Positions 48,255 through 56,582 of a DNA stretch of 64,000 nucleotides are shown piece after piece. The DNA lies in IMG/VR virus record IMGVR_UViG_3300030118_002002, positions 4,313-68,312 of that record. One strand, given 5' to 3'. Below the pieces are notes generated by a model. That model did not search any database, was not told the DNA's origin, and saw only the letters and a list, made by a program, of their open reading frames with translations. The stretch is from a virus. Taxonomy: Duplodnaviria > Caudoviricetes. Numbering within the stretch: position 1 is the first letter of the stretch; each line of letters begins with the position of its first letter. A program made the position numbers and the translations under genes.

Positions 48255-49337
48255 ATGACAACTATTACACGTAAGCGTGGTGGTTTGCTATCTGGATGGG
48301 ACGAGTTTTGTGAGTGGGTAACCTCCACTGACAATCGCTTGTACGTTGGTTGGTTTGGTGTCTTAATGATCCCATGTCTTCTAACTGCTGCTGCTTGTTT
48401 CATCGTAGCATTCATCGCTGCACCTCCTGTCGACATCGACGGAATCAGAGAACCAGTTGCTGGATCTCTACTCTTTGGTAACAACATCATCTCTGGTGCT
48501 GTCGTTCCATCATCCAACGCTATTGGATTACACTTCTACCCTATATGGGAAGCTGCTACTCTAGATGAGTGGTTGTATAACGGTGGTCCTTATCAGTTGG
48601 TAATCTTCCACTTCCTAATTGGTATCTCTGCATACATGGGAAGACAGTGGGAACTATCATATCGTTTAGGTATGAGACCATGGATCTGCGTAGCATACTC
48701 AGCTCCTGTATCTGCTGCTTTCGCTGTGTTCCTTGTATACCCATTCGGTCAGGGTTCATTCTCAGACGGTATGCCTTTAGGTATTAGTGGTACATTCAAC
48801 TTCATGTTTGTATTCCAAGCAGAACATAACATTCTTATGCATCCTTTCCACATGGCAGGAGTAGCAGGAATGTTTGGAGGAGCACTCTTCTCTGCTATGC
48901 ATGGTTCACTCGTAACTTCATCTTTGATTAGAGAGACTTCTGGTCTTACATCACAGAACTATGGTTACAAGTTCGGACAAGAAGAAGAGACATACAACAT
49001 CGTTGCTGCACACGGTTACTTCGGAAGACTCATATTCCAATATGCTTCTTTCAATAACTCAAGAAGTTTACACTTCTTCCTAGCAGTATTCCCTGTAGTA
49101 TGTGTATGGTTGACCTCTATGGGAATCTGTACAATGGCATTCAACCTCAACGGTTTCAACTTTAACCAGTCTGTAGTTGATGCTAACGGAAAGATTGTTC
49201 CTACATGGGGAGATGTTCTAAACAGAGCTAACCTAGGTATGGAAGTAATGCATGAAAGAAATGCACACAACTTCCCACTAGACTTAGCATGTGCAGAGTC
49301 TTCAACTGTTGCTCTTTCAGCACCCGCTATCGGATAA
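48255..49337 (+). CDS. psbA: photosystem II D1 protein
   Basis: [37 protein letters not shown]; uninterrupted 360 aa. Confidence 0.99.
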   Translation: MTTITRKRGGLLSGWDEFCEWVTSTDNRLYVGWFGVLMIPCLLTAAACFIVAFIAAPPVDIDGIREPVAGSLLFGNNIISGAVVPSSNAIGLHFYPIWEAATLDEWLYNGGPYQLVIFHFLIGISAYMGRQWELSYRLGMRPWICVAYSAPVSAAFAVFLVYPFGQGSFSDGMPLGISGTFNFMFVFQAEHNILMHPFHMAGVAGMFGGALFSAMHGSLVTSSLIRETSGLTSQNYGYKFGQEEETYNIVAAHGYFGRLIFQYASFNNSRSLHFFLAVFPVVCVWLTSMGICTMAFNLNGFNFNQSVVDANGKIVPTWGDVLNRANLGMEVMHERNAHNFPLDLACAESSTVALSAPAIG

Positions 49338-49359
49338 ATATCTCTGTTCGAGATGGATC

Positions 49360-49388
49360 AGACCTCTGCATTGCAGGGGTCTTTTTTT
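49360..49388 (+). terminator. Rho-independent terminator after psbA
   Basis: AGACCTCTGC-ATT-GCAGGGGTCT followed by a T run. Confidence 0.88.
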
Positions 49389-49404
49389 ATGCTAATATAT
49401 CTCT

Positions 49405-49590
49405 ATGAAAAAAATAATCAATGCAATCACTCACCCATTGACTGTATGTAATTTTATACTGGTGGGTTCTCTTGTCCTTATACAGACAGTTCATACTCAT
49501 GCTCACTATAAAATGGAGATTGATGTTCATGGATATTGTGCAAATGCTAACTTTAAGGATGAAACACTTGACACGGAAGAAGACTGGTAG
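49405..49590 (+). CDS. hypothetical membrane/secreted protein
   Basis: Hydrophobic N-half, then HTHAHYKMEIDVHGYC. Confidence 0.65.
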   Translation: MKKIINAITHPLTVCNFILVGSLVLIQTVHTHAHYKMEIDVHGYCANANFKDETLDTEEDW

Positions 49591-49601
49591 TATTATAAAT
49601 A
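49568..49601 (+). promoter_or_regulatory. dual early/late promoter driving the ncRNA
   Basis: TTGACA-N17-TATTAT overlapped by exact TATAAATA. Confidence 0.7.
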
Positions 49602-49605
49602 TTGA

Positions 49606-49800
49606 TGAGTGACTGATCATTGCTCATGGAAGTGGCAGAATAACCCTGTTGGAATTTGGCGGGGTAATGCATCAAGTTAGAGGTGGTACTCGCCCTCCCT
49701 AAAGGAGGTGAACCTTTACCAGAGGAACTTGAGTTGAACAGTACAAATTTTCGCTCTAGCGATTCCCTGTTCATGTCGGTACGAAAGTAATCCTTCCTTC
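49606..49800 (+). ncRNA. structured non-coding RNA, possibly manA RNA motif
   Basis: GC-richer ORF-free stretch with nested stems (ACCCTGTT/GGCGGGGT, TCAAGTT/AACTTGA, TGGTA/TACCA, CCTCC/GGAGG, TGAACAG/CTGTTCA, TAC-GAAA-GTA, GGAAG/CTTCC); own promoter and downstream terminators. Confidence 0.65.
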
Positions 49801-49819
49801 CCCTTTTCGTTATAACATA

Positions 49820-49849
49820 GGAAGACCCTTCTGGGTCTTCTCTCCTTTT
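49820..49849 (+). terminator. terminator-like hairpin
   Basis: GGAAGACCC-TTCT-GGGTCTTCT followed by a pyrimidine tract. Confidence 0.55.
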
Positions 49850-49868
49850 GTTATTGCTTCGATATGTT

Positions 49869-49894
49869 AGACCTCTTTACAGGGGTCTTTTTTT
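49869..49894 (+). terminator. Rho-independent terminator
   Basis: AGACCTCT-TTAC-AGGGGTCT followed by a T run. Confidence 0.85.
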
Positions 49895-49907
49895 ATGCTA
49901 AATTATC

Positions 49908-50018
49908 ATGATGACACTAACTACCGAACAACTCCTTCGCATATACATGAAGGCAAGAGTAAAGAAGGATCCTTATCCTCCTGTCCGTAGGCACTACAAC
50001 GTAGCGACTTACGGATGA
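49908..50018 (+). CDS. small hypothetical protein (36 aa, not in ORF track)
   Basis: MMTLTTEQLLRIYMKARVKKDPYPPVRRHYNVATYG*; ATGA overlap with the next gene. Confidence 0.5.
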   Translation: MMTLTTEQLLRIYMKARVKKDPYPPVRRHYNVATYG

Positions 50019-50218
50019 AAGAGTTTTGGAAGGTCTGGAAGTATGCTTTAGGTTCTTTCAATGATGAGACAACAAAGAAGTATGACAACTGGATCTGTAT
50101 TATCAGAACCCTTATCATGGTTCAACTTGTAATCACCAACTGTTTTATTGTTGGTGGTAATATCAGGCACTGGAATGATCATCACATTCCTCCATCTTAT
50201 GATAAATCTTATAAATAA
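50015..50218 (+). CDS. hypothetical membrane protein
   Basis: WKYALGSF.D..T..YDN...IRT...NCFIV.GNIRHW. Confidence 0.7.
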   Translation: MKEFWKVWKYALGSFNDETTKKYDNWICIIRTLIMVQLVITNCFIVGGNIRHWNDHHIPPSYDKSYK

Positions 50219-50241
50219 GTGTATAAACACACAGATAACAG

Positions 50242-50526
50242 ATGCCTATAGCAAGAAACGCAGAGTTTGATAGCTCTGTTAGCAACACACTTAAAGAAAA
50301 AGACGGTGTACTTTCCGATGCTGCTGATGCTACTGCTCTTGATACATCAGGGTCTAATCCACAGTGGAGATTTAGAGAGAGAATTCTAAAAAAGATTGAT
50401 AGAACTGCATTTGATGAGAGGATCGACTACTGGAGAAAGCAGGAGTTAGCGAAGAAAGCAGTCCTAGCAGACAGAGATTACATGGAGAAGCAGAAGACCA
50501 TCAATGGTTCTTATCCATCGAGCTAA
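50242..50526 (+). CDS. hypothetical protein (late promoter)
   Basis: 94 aa ORF preceded by TATAAATA at 50210-50217. Confidence 0.65.
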   Translation: MPIARNAEFDSSVSNTLKEKDGVLSDAADATALDTSGSNPQWRFRERILKKIDRTAFDERIDYWRKQELAKKAVLADRDYMEKQKTINGSYPSS

Positions 50527-50543
50527 GATAATAAAACTTTGTT

Positions 50544-51134
50544 ATGATATTATGGACGGAACAGTTTGTCCTGACGGATACTACTGTCAAAAATTTGAAG
50601 AACAGATACAGAAACCCCTACTTTTTGAAGGGTGATTCTGTTTGGGGTCAACATTACACAGGTTACCATAGGAATCCTAACAACACTGCTAACACAGTGG
50701 ATGGTAACTTTGTAGATAAAGAACTACTTCAGATCTACATACCAAAACTGAAGGAAGTTCTACAAAAAATTGGATTGTATAATAGTGAATCTATATTCAG
50801 TTACGACAGCATTTGGGGTCAACTATATACAAGGGAACTCAGTGCGGTTATTGATGTTCATAATCATTATAAACATCCTAGTCAACTGGTTTCTTGGGTG
50901 CATTTCGTTGACGTTCCAAAACAAAAGTGCTTCTACTTTATGTTAGGAGATCAGAAAGTATATCCCGAAACACAGAGAACAAATGATATAATATTTTATC
51001 CATCCTATGCACCACATGGTGTTGATAAGATGGAAGAAGGCAATGACAGGTTTGTTGTTGCAGGAAACATAGTACAGATGAGTAAACGTTTCGAGCGTAA
51101 ATTCATTGACCCAAAAATACTGAAAGATTTATGA
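50544..51134 (+). CDS. 2OG-Fe(II) oxygenase
   Basis: WGQ.Y, HNH, SWVHF, FYPS..PHGV, R.VVAGN. Confidence 0.8.
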   Translation: MILWTEQFVLTDTTVKNLKNRYRNPYFLKGDSVWGQHYTGYHRNPNNTANTVDGNFVDKELLQIYIPKLKEVLQKIGLYNSESIFSYDSIWGQLYTRELSAVIDVHNHYKHPSQLVSWVHFVDVPKQKCFYFMLGDQKVYPETQRTNDIIFYPSYAPHGVDKMEEGNDRFVVAGNIVQMSKRFERKFIDPKILKDL

Positions 51135-51367
51135 AAGCAGTTCTATGGTCTAGAGATAATTGTCAGTGGTGTGAGAGAGTCAAGCAACTCTTTGCTGCTA
51201 CTAATATAAGCGTGACTGAATACAAACTGGATAGAGACTTTACTAGACACCAGTTTTATGAGGAGTTTGAGGAGGGTGCTACCTTCCCACAAGTTCAAAT
51301 TGACAACAAACACATAGGCGGATGCAAGGACACACTACATCATCTCCAAGATCTAAAGATGATTTGA
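51131..51367 (+). CDS. nrdC: glutaredoxin
   Basis: CQWC, TFPQV, IGG. Confidence 0.9.
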   Translation: MKAVLWSRDNCQWCERVKQLFAATNISVTEYKLDRDFTRHQFYEEFEEGATFPQVQIDNKHIGGCKDTLHHLQDLKMI

Positions 51368-51474
51368 ACAAAGGTTCTGTTTTTCTTCTCACAAGGAATA
51401 GAAAAAGAAAACCTGTATTTTCTGTGCTATTATGGGGTATAAGAATCTCCCTACATATACACAGGGAGACATAA
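51364..51474 (+). CDS. possible small ORF (36 aa, TTG start)
   Basis: LNKGSVFLLTRNRKRKP...HRET* fills the intergenic gap exactly. Confidence 0.35.
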   Translation: MNKGSVFLLTRNRKRKPVFSVLLWGIRISLHIHRET

Positions 51475-51478
51475 ACAA

Positions 51479-51709
51479 ATGGATCTAAACATTACAGCAG
51501 TTATCATTGCCCTCAGTGTGACTGTGCTCCTCCTAGCGATAGGAGTATCTCTTGTGATTGGTTACTTGTTACGTGCATATATACATGACGTGACACCTCA
51601 GTACACTCATCCTGAGATGTTTGACGAGAATGGTAACCCCATTGCTGATGAATTGATCGCCTTTCGATTTGAGAATGGCAAACCCGAACTAGATGATCTT
51701 GAAGACTAA
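51479..51709 (+). CDS. hypothetical membrane protein
   Basis: TM helix, then HPEMFDENGN...ELIAFRFEN. Confidence 0.75.
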   Translation: MDLNITAVIIALSVTVLLLAIGVSLVIGYLLRAYIHDVTPQYTHPEMFDENGNPIADELIAFRFENGKPELDDLED

Positions 51710-51711
51710 TT

Positions 51712-52164
51712 ATGGCAAAACTACCACCTAATCCTCTTGTTTCTGAGATACTCAGAGCAGCTCATGGTGCTAAAACTGTTGAGAAAAAAGTAGAAGTACT
51801 TACAAAGTACAAGAGAGATGATGTAAAAGCATGTTTGATTTGGAACTTTGATAAAGCAATCAGAAGTGCTATTCCTGAGGGAGATGTCCCTTACAAACCA
51901 AATGATGCTCCCATAGGAGTTGATGGAGGACATACACGTTTGATTCATGAGTGGAGATCACTCTACAATTTTATAAGAGGTGGTAACAATAGACTATCTC
52001 AGATGAAACGTGAGACAATGCTAGTCCAGATGTTAGAGTCATTACATAAGGACGAGGCAGAAGTATTAGTTCTAGTGAAAGATAAAGAACTACAAAGCAA
52101 GTATCGTATCACTAGAAACGTAGTAGAGAAAGCATATCCGGAGATAGTTTGGAAGGATAGGTGA
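51712..52164 (+). CDS. conserved T4-like phage hypothetical protein
   Basis: WNFD, P.G.VPY, KRE.M.VQMLESLH..EAE.L...KDK. Confidence 0.8.
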   Translation: MAKLPPNPLVSEILRAAHGAKTVEKKVEVLTKYKRDDVKACLIWNFDKAIRSAIPEGDVPYKPNDAPIGVDGGHTRLIHEWRSLYNFIRGGNNRLSQMKRETMLVQMLESLHKDEAEVLVLVKDKELQSKYRITRNVVEKAYPEIVWKDR

Positions 52165-53291
52165 AGTTCCTAATTGATCTGACAGATCATTGCAACTCCA
52201 AGTGTCCTTTATGTGCTAGACATAAGACCTCATACAATGATGAGGTAGCGGTCTTGAAACCAGACCCATCTATGAATCGCTCTTCCATATCACTCGCTGA
52301 TTGGAAGAGATGGTTTCCTATCGAGACTCTTAGAAAGACAGAACTGATATATTTTCAAGGATCATTCGGTGAACCCTCATTGAATGAGGATTTGTTAGAC
52401 ATATATTCTTACACTCTCAACGCTAACAGTAGTATAGTCTTCCAGATGAGTACCAATGGTGGTACACGAGACCAAGAGTTCTGGGGTAGACTAGGTGCTC
52501 TCATGGCATCATCACACAGAGATAGTTTTCTTATCTTTTCCATAGATGGTTTGTCAGATACTCTACAACAGTACAGAGTAGGTGTAGATTATAATAAAGT
52601 TATAGACAGTGCTAGAGCATTTATAAAGGCAGGAGGTCCTGCTGTCTGGAGGATGCTAGTATTCAAACACAACCAACATCAAATCAAACGATGTAGAAAT
52701 CTTAGTAGACTGATGGGGTTCAAAGACTTCAGACATACTAATGTAAACGATCTATATGATGCTAGTGGTAAGGGAGATGGTACATTTACATATGAATACA
52801 GGGGAGTGGTACATAAACTAGAGGGTGTTGATGGTCATGTGTTCCAGCAGCCACCCGCAGCAGAGGATACAGAGATTGATTGTAGGTATGGTCATGGTAT
52901 CAAGAGTCCTGGTCAACTTAGGATAGACAGTCGTGGTATTGTTCATGCTTGCTGCTTCCACCAGAGTAGACTACGCTTTTTCTATCCTGACTACTATGTT
53001 CATGGCGATATAGATTCCCCTGCTATCTACAGGGACATAAACAATCCTAACAAAGGAGTTGGTGCTGAGTATATGCAGAAAGTATTTTACGATAGTATGA
53101 TTCCACTCATAGAAAATCAGGGTGGGTTGAAATCTTTATCTTTAAAACATAATTCACTTGAGGATATATTAAACACGCCATTATTCCAGTGTACACTTGT
53201 AGAGTCATGGAATAAGAGACCTCATATTTGTTCAGATTATTGTGGTGTGAAAAGAAAAAATGTAACAACCGATACTAAATCACTTGACTAA
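52161..53291 (+). CDS. radical SAM protein with Cys-containing C-terminal (SPASM/twitch-like) region
   Basis: CNSKCPLC, G..GEP, STNGG, FSIDG, VFKHNQHQ; C-terminal C..., ACC, C...C. Confidence 0.88.
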   Translation: MKFLIDLTDHCNSKCPLCARHKTSYNDEVAVLKPDPSMNRSSISLADWKRWFPIETLRKTELIYFQGSFGEPSLNEDLLDIYSYTLNANSSIVFQMSTNGGTRDQEFWGRLGALMASSHRDSFLIFSIDGLSDTLQQYRVGVDYNKVIDSARAFIKAGGPAVWRMLVFKHNQHQIKRCRNLSRLMGFKDFRHTNVNDLYDASGKGDGTFTYEYRGVVHKLEGVDGHVFQQPPAAEDTEIDCRYGHGIKSPGQLRIDSRGIVHACCFHQSRLRFFYPDYYVHGDIDSPAIYRDINNPNKGVGAEYMQKVFYDSMIPLIENQGGLKSLSLKHNSLEDILNTPLFQCTLVESWNKRPHICSDYCGVKRKNVTTDTKSLD

Positions 53292-53312
53292 ATAATTTCG
53301 TCATGGTATCAT
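53284..53312 (+). promoter_or_regulatory. sigma70-type promoter upstream of tandem riboswitch
   Basis: TTGACT-N17-TATCAT. Confidence 0.65.
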
Positions 53313-53319
53313 GACATTA

Positions 53320-53362
53320 CGTTCATCACCTTCGGGTGACGCAAGTAAGCCGACACGGAACG
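53320..53362 (+). ncRNA. glutamine riboswitch-like aptamer 1 (glnA/Downstream-peptide type)
   Basis: CGTTCA-TCACC-TTCG-GGTGA-CGCAAGTAAGCCGACACGGAACG: P1 CGTTC/GAACG, P2 with UUCG loop; DUF4278 gene downstream. Confidence 0.75.
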
Positions 53363-53366
53363 GGTT

Positions 53367-53548
53367 CGTTCATCCCATGATACTACACTTGTTACTTTAT
53401 GCTTCTCTTGAATGTTCTCAAGCATCTGCTCTAATTGATCAGATAATTAAGGACAACTTGTTGAGCGAGTACGAGAAAACGGAATTGATTCTTTATGTAA
53501 GAGAAGCAACTCCTAGTTGTTGGGACGCAAATGCCGACTGAAGGAACG
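53367..53548 (+). ncRNA. glutamine riboswitch-like aptamer 2 with ~145 nt coding insert in the P2 loop
   Basis: CGTTCA-TCCCA...TGGGA-CGCAAATGCCGACTGAAGGAACG mirrors aptamer 1. Confidence 0.65.
53377..53541 (+). CDS. small hypothetical protein nested inside aptamer 2
   Basis: MILHLLLYASLECSQ...ATPSCWDANAD* (54 aa); ATG at the P2 5' strand, stop in the aptamer 3' strand. Confidence 0.6.
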   Translation: MILHLLLYASLECSQASALIDQIIKDNLLSEYEKTELILYVREATPSCWDANAD

Positions 53549-53581
53549 GTCTAAACAACCTCATCCTACAGGAGAAAACCG

Positions 53582-53725
53582 ATGGCAACAGTCACATACC
53601 GTGGTGTCGAGTACGACACCGAAGAGTACAACGCAAGAGTAATTGCGGAAGCAGACAAGCAAAGAAATCATGATCTAATGTATCGTGGTATCAAAGTAGA
53701 ACGTAGGTTCGCTTCAAAAAGTTAA
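53582..53725 (+). CDS. DUF4278 family peptide (47 aa, not in ORF track)
   Basis: MATVTYRGVEYDT...DLMYRGIKV with two YRG motifs; strong RBS AGGAG. Confidence 0.85.
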   Translation: MATVTYRGVEYDTEEYNARVIAEADKQRNHDLMYRGIKVERRFASKS

Positions 53726-53743
53726 CTTTACTGCTTGTCTATT

Positions 53744-53770
53744 GGGAGGGTCTTGCACCCTCCTTTTTTT
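53744..53770 (+). terminator. Rho-independent terminator
   Basis: GGAGGGT-CTTGC-ACCCTCC followed by a T run. Confidence 0.85.
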
Positions 53771-53786
53771 ATGCTATAATTTTGTC

Positions 53787-53939
53787 ATGGATAGAGACAA
53801 ACTGAAAATTATAGTCTCCGACTTGGAGATGCTACTATCTGCACTCAAGGCAGAGGTATGGAGTGACGAACAGTCCTATAAATACGATGACCTAGATCCA
53901 GTTGAAGTGGATTATGGTGATCAAATAGAGGACATATGA
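53787..53939 (+). CDS. hypothetical protein
   Basis: MDRDKLKIIVSDLEMLLSALKAEVWSD; start placed after the terminator. Confidence 0.7.
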   Translation: MDRDKLKIIVSDLEMLLSALKAEVWSDEQSYKYDDLDPVEVDYGDQIEDI

Positions 53940-54583
53940 ACGTCAAATTAGTAAGCATCACTCCTGATGCAGAAAAAACTATGGCATACATTGCCAGAGT
54001 ATCTAACCCATCTAATCAGGAGAATGAAAAGTATGCTGGTTTACTGAAGTATTGTATCAAGCACAATCACTGGTCAGTTTTTGAACAGGCAACAATGACT
54101 TTAGAGATAGGGACTACACGTGCTATTGCAGCACAGATTCTAAGGCATAGGTCATTCACGTTTCAAGAATTCAGTCAACGCTATGCACAGACTGATCATC
54201 TAGGAGAGATTCCTATACCAGATCTCAGAAGACAGGACGAAAAGAATCGTCAGAACTCTACTGATGACTTGGATGAGTTTGTAAAACAGAAGTTAGAATT
54301 GCAGATAAAAACTTTGTTCAGTTCAGCAGAGGCATTGTATCATCAGATGCTAGAGGAGGGTGTTGCGAAGGAGTGTGCAAGGTTTGTTTTACCACTAGCA
54401 ACACCTACAAAAATTTACATGACAGGGTCTTGTCGGTCTTGGATTCACTATATAAACTTAAGGTCTGCACACGGAACTCAAAAGGAACACATGGAGATCG
54501 CTAGGGAATGTGCCTGTATTTTTGCGGGACAATTCCCTGCTGTTGCAGAGGCACTAGGTTGGGAACACGGATCGCTGGCATAA
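53936..54583 (+). CDS. thyX: flavin-dependent thymidylate synthase
   Basis: H.SVFE, QILRHRSFTFQEFSQRY, ARFVLP, TQKEH. Confidence 0.96.
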   Translation: MNVKLVSITPDAEKTMAYIARVSNPSNQENEKYAGLLKYCIKHNHWSVFEQATMTLEIGTTRAIAAQILRHRSFTFQEFSQRYAQTDHLGEIPIPDLRRQDEKNRQNSTDDLDEFVKQKLELQIKTLFSSAEALYHQMLEEGVAKECARFVLPLATPTKIYMTGSCRSWIHYINLRSAHGTQKEHMEIARECACIFAGQFPAVAEALGWEHGSLA

Positions 54584-55593
54584 ATTTATCCAAGAATGGT
54601 TCTCTCGCTATCATAAATGATGGGAAGGTCGAGTTTTATCTAGAAGAAGAAAGACTCAGTAGAATCAAGAGAGATCGTGGTGCAAAATTTTTGGTAGAAA
54701 AATACCTTGATGGAGTAGATGCTGTTGCTATATGTGATTGTTATACAAAGTATTATCCTAAGAAGTTTTTACAGAGAACTAAGGAGAAGGAAGCAGTTTG
54801 TAAAGTCATAAGAAATAAGAACATACCGATACTAGATTACAGACAGAGACATCATGAGTGTCATGCTGCTAACGCACGTTACGGATCACCATTTGATGAC
54901 TGTGCTGTCTTAGTAATGGACGGTAAAGGATCAGTTCATGATCACAATAACCTTAGATTTTGTGAGATTGAAAGTATATTTGATAACTTTAATCCTGTGT
55001 TCAAACACTACTCTACCTTCTGGAGTGAAGATGAATGTAAAAAATTAGAGAAACCATATTGGGAATCAATGAATACACAGGAACTATTCATGGAGGGTGA
55101 GGACTGTCATAGTGAGAATACAGATGGTTTTATACTCTATAGTGATAGGACTAGCGTTGGACAGGCATATAGAAGGGTCTCAAGAGAGTGTGGGTTTGAT
55201 GAGTTAGATGCAGGGAAGACAATGGGACTGTCAGCATATGGATCTGGACGTGTTGATTTATTCAATGAAGAGTATGGTCATAGTCTTTGTAGCAAAGAAT
55301 TATATGCGAAGGAAGATAGCACAGGATACTATGGTAATCAAAAACCAGTAGACCTAGCATATAATTTACAAAAGTCAGCAGAAAAACATGCAATATACAT
55401 GGTAGCGATGGCAATAAATCTAACAAATAATAAGAATGTGTGTGTAACTGGTGGTTTTTTCTTGAATTGTGTAGCAAATAACGCTATCATAAAAAATGTA
55501 GATGTAAATCTATATGCAGACCCACTCTCTTATGATGGTGGTCTAGCAATAGGTTCAGCATTACTTGCATACTATGAACATTTTCGTAACTGA
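54559..55593 (+). CDS. carbamoyltransferase N-terminal (Kae1-like) domain, copy 1
   Basis: EEERLSRIK, HHECHA, VMDGKG, AGKTMGLSAYG, GGFFLNCVAN, DGGLAIG; TTG start 54559 assumed. Confidence 0.88.
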   Translation: MGTRIAGINLSKNGSLAIINDGKVEFYLEEERLSRIKRDRGAKFLVEKYLDGVDAVAICDCYTKYYPKKFLQRTKEKEAVCKVIRNKNIPILDYRQRHHECHAANARYGSPFDDCAVLVMDGKGSVHDHNNLRFCEIESIFDNFNPVFKHYSTFWSEDECKKLEKPYWESMNTQELFMEGEDCHSENTDGFILYSDRTSVGQAYRRVSRECGFDELDAGKTMGLSAYGSGRVDLFNEEYGHSLCSKELYAKEDSTGYYGNQKPVDLAYNLQKSAEKHAIYMVAMAINLTNNKNVCVTGGFFLNCVANNAIIKNVDVNLYADPLSYDGGLAIGSALLAYYEHFRN

Positions 55594-56089
55594 TCCATCA
55601 CCTGTTGTATCGGCACAAGTATTACCTGACAAACACATAGTCAAGATGCCACTAGAGACATGTCAAATGCTTTCTATTGTGTGCTCTGAGAAGTGGGGTC
55701 ACGGTTATGGTGAGATACATCGTATCAATGGTGAACCATACAAAACATCTAAAGGTGCGTTTCATAACCACCCTTGTACTATCTGGGCAAATGAATCACT
55801 CATCAATACATGGTGGTTAGTTGCTCATGGTATAGGACTGTGTCAGGAATACACCCACAGATATAATAAGATACATAGTTGTCAGAGAACGTTAGAAGAA
55901 GCAAAGAGTATCATACCGTTTGGTTATCACAATACACCAGAGTCATTCACCTTTGCAGGTCCTGACCAGTTCAAGCATGACAAAACTATTGATATCTTTA
56001 CTGCTTACAAACGTTACATTGCCTCTAAACCTTGGGTCGCAAACAATTATTTGCGTGACCCATCTCGTAAACCTTCTTGGATATTATGA
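55574..56089 (+). CDS. pyrimidine-dimer glycosylase/endonuclease V-like family protein
   Basis: MNIF......SA..L.DKHIVKM.LE..QML, HPCTIW, EY..RY.K.H. Confidence 0.7.
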   Translation: MNIFVTDPSPVVSAQVLPDKHIVKMPLETCQMLSIVCSEKWGHGYGEIHRINGEPYKTSKGAFHNHPCTIWANESLINTWWLVAHGIGLCQEYTHRYNKIHSCQRTLEEAKSIIPFGYHNTPESFTFAGPDQFKHDKTIDIFTAYKRYIASKPWVANNYLRDPSRKPSWIL

Positions 56090-56247
56090 ACCCAATTGAC
56101 ACAAATCGTATCGCTGTTGCACTTGAAAGAATTGCACAAGCACTTGAGCATTTGAACATTGAACATGCTCATATAGATACAATAGATCACAATCACATTG
56201 AGAGTGACACTCCCGTTGAAGTAAACACACACGCTAAAACATGGTAA
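56086..56247 (+). CDS. small His-rich hypothetical protein (53 aa, not in ORF track)
   Basis: MNPIDTNRIAVALERIAQALEHLNIEHAHIDTIDHNHIE...; coupled to both neighbours. Confidence 0.6.
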   Translation: MNPIDTNRIAVALERIAQALEHLNIEHAHIDTIDHNHIESDTPVEVNTHAKTW

Positions 56248-56582
56248 AATTATTTGCAGCATGCCCTCCTGTATACACACTACCTGGTACATGGGATGAT
56301 CCTGAGAAGATAAAGAGATGTCAAGAGACATTGATACCACACCTTGAACTCCAACCTGAGATAGGGTTCTTAGTTTTTATAGGACTTGTTGTCTTTGCTC
56401 TTATCATCTATGGTATATACAAAACCTTTGGTAAAGGTGGAGAAGGATTGAGAGATGAGATCAAGGAACATGCTAGGATGCATGAACTTGGTATCGCTCA
56501 TGGACATGAAGGTGGTGGAGAAAGACCTATCATGTCTATAAAGGCACAAGAAAAAGATTACCCTCAACACAAACACGAATGA
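56241..56582 (+). CDS. PsbN-like membrane protein with N-terminal extension
   Basis: TM helix followed by YGIYKTFG.G...LRD...EH, matching the PsbN pattern (Y..Y..FG......LRD...H). Confidence 0.65.
   Translation: MVKLFAACPPVYTLPGTWDDPEKIKRCQETLIPHLELQPEIGFLVFIGLVVFALIIYGIYKTFGKGGEGLRDEIKEHARMHELGIAHGHEGGGERPIMSIKAQEKDYPQHKHE

Noticed and set aside
48255-49337. Group I intron in psbA; inteins in g43, g41 or nrdA
   Set aside because: All are uninterrupted and of normal length
49553-49774. Minus-strand 73 aa ORF over the structured region
   Set aside because: No RBS or promoter support; the region is better explained as a plus-strand structured RNA
53311-53376. 76 aa version of the nested ORF starting at ATG 53311
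   Set aside because: That ATG overlaps the predicted -10 box and the extension runs through aptamer 1; ATG 53377 is preferred
54508-54558. ATG start of carbamoyltransferase N-domain inside thyX
   Set aside because: It gives an implausible Cys-rich leader; the domain begins at about TTG 54559
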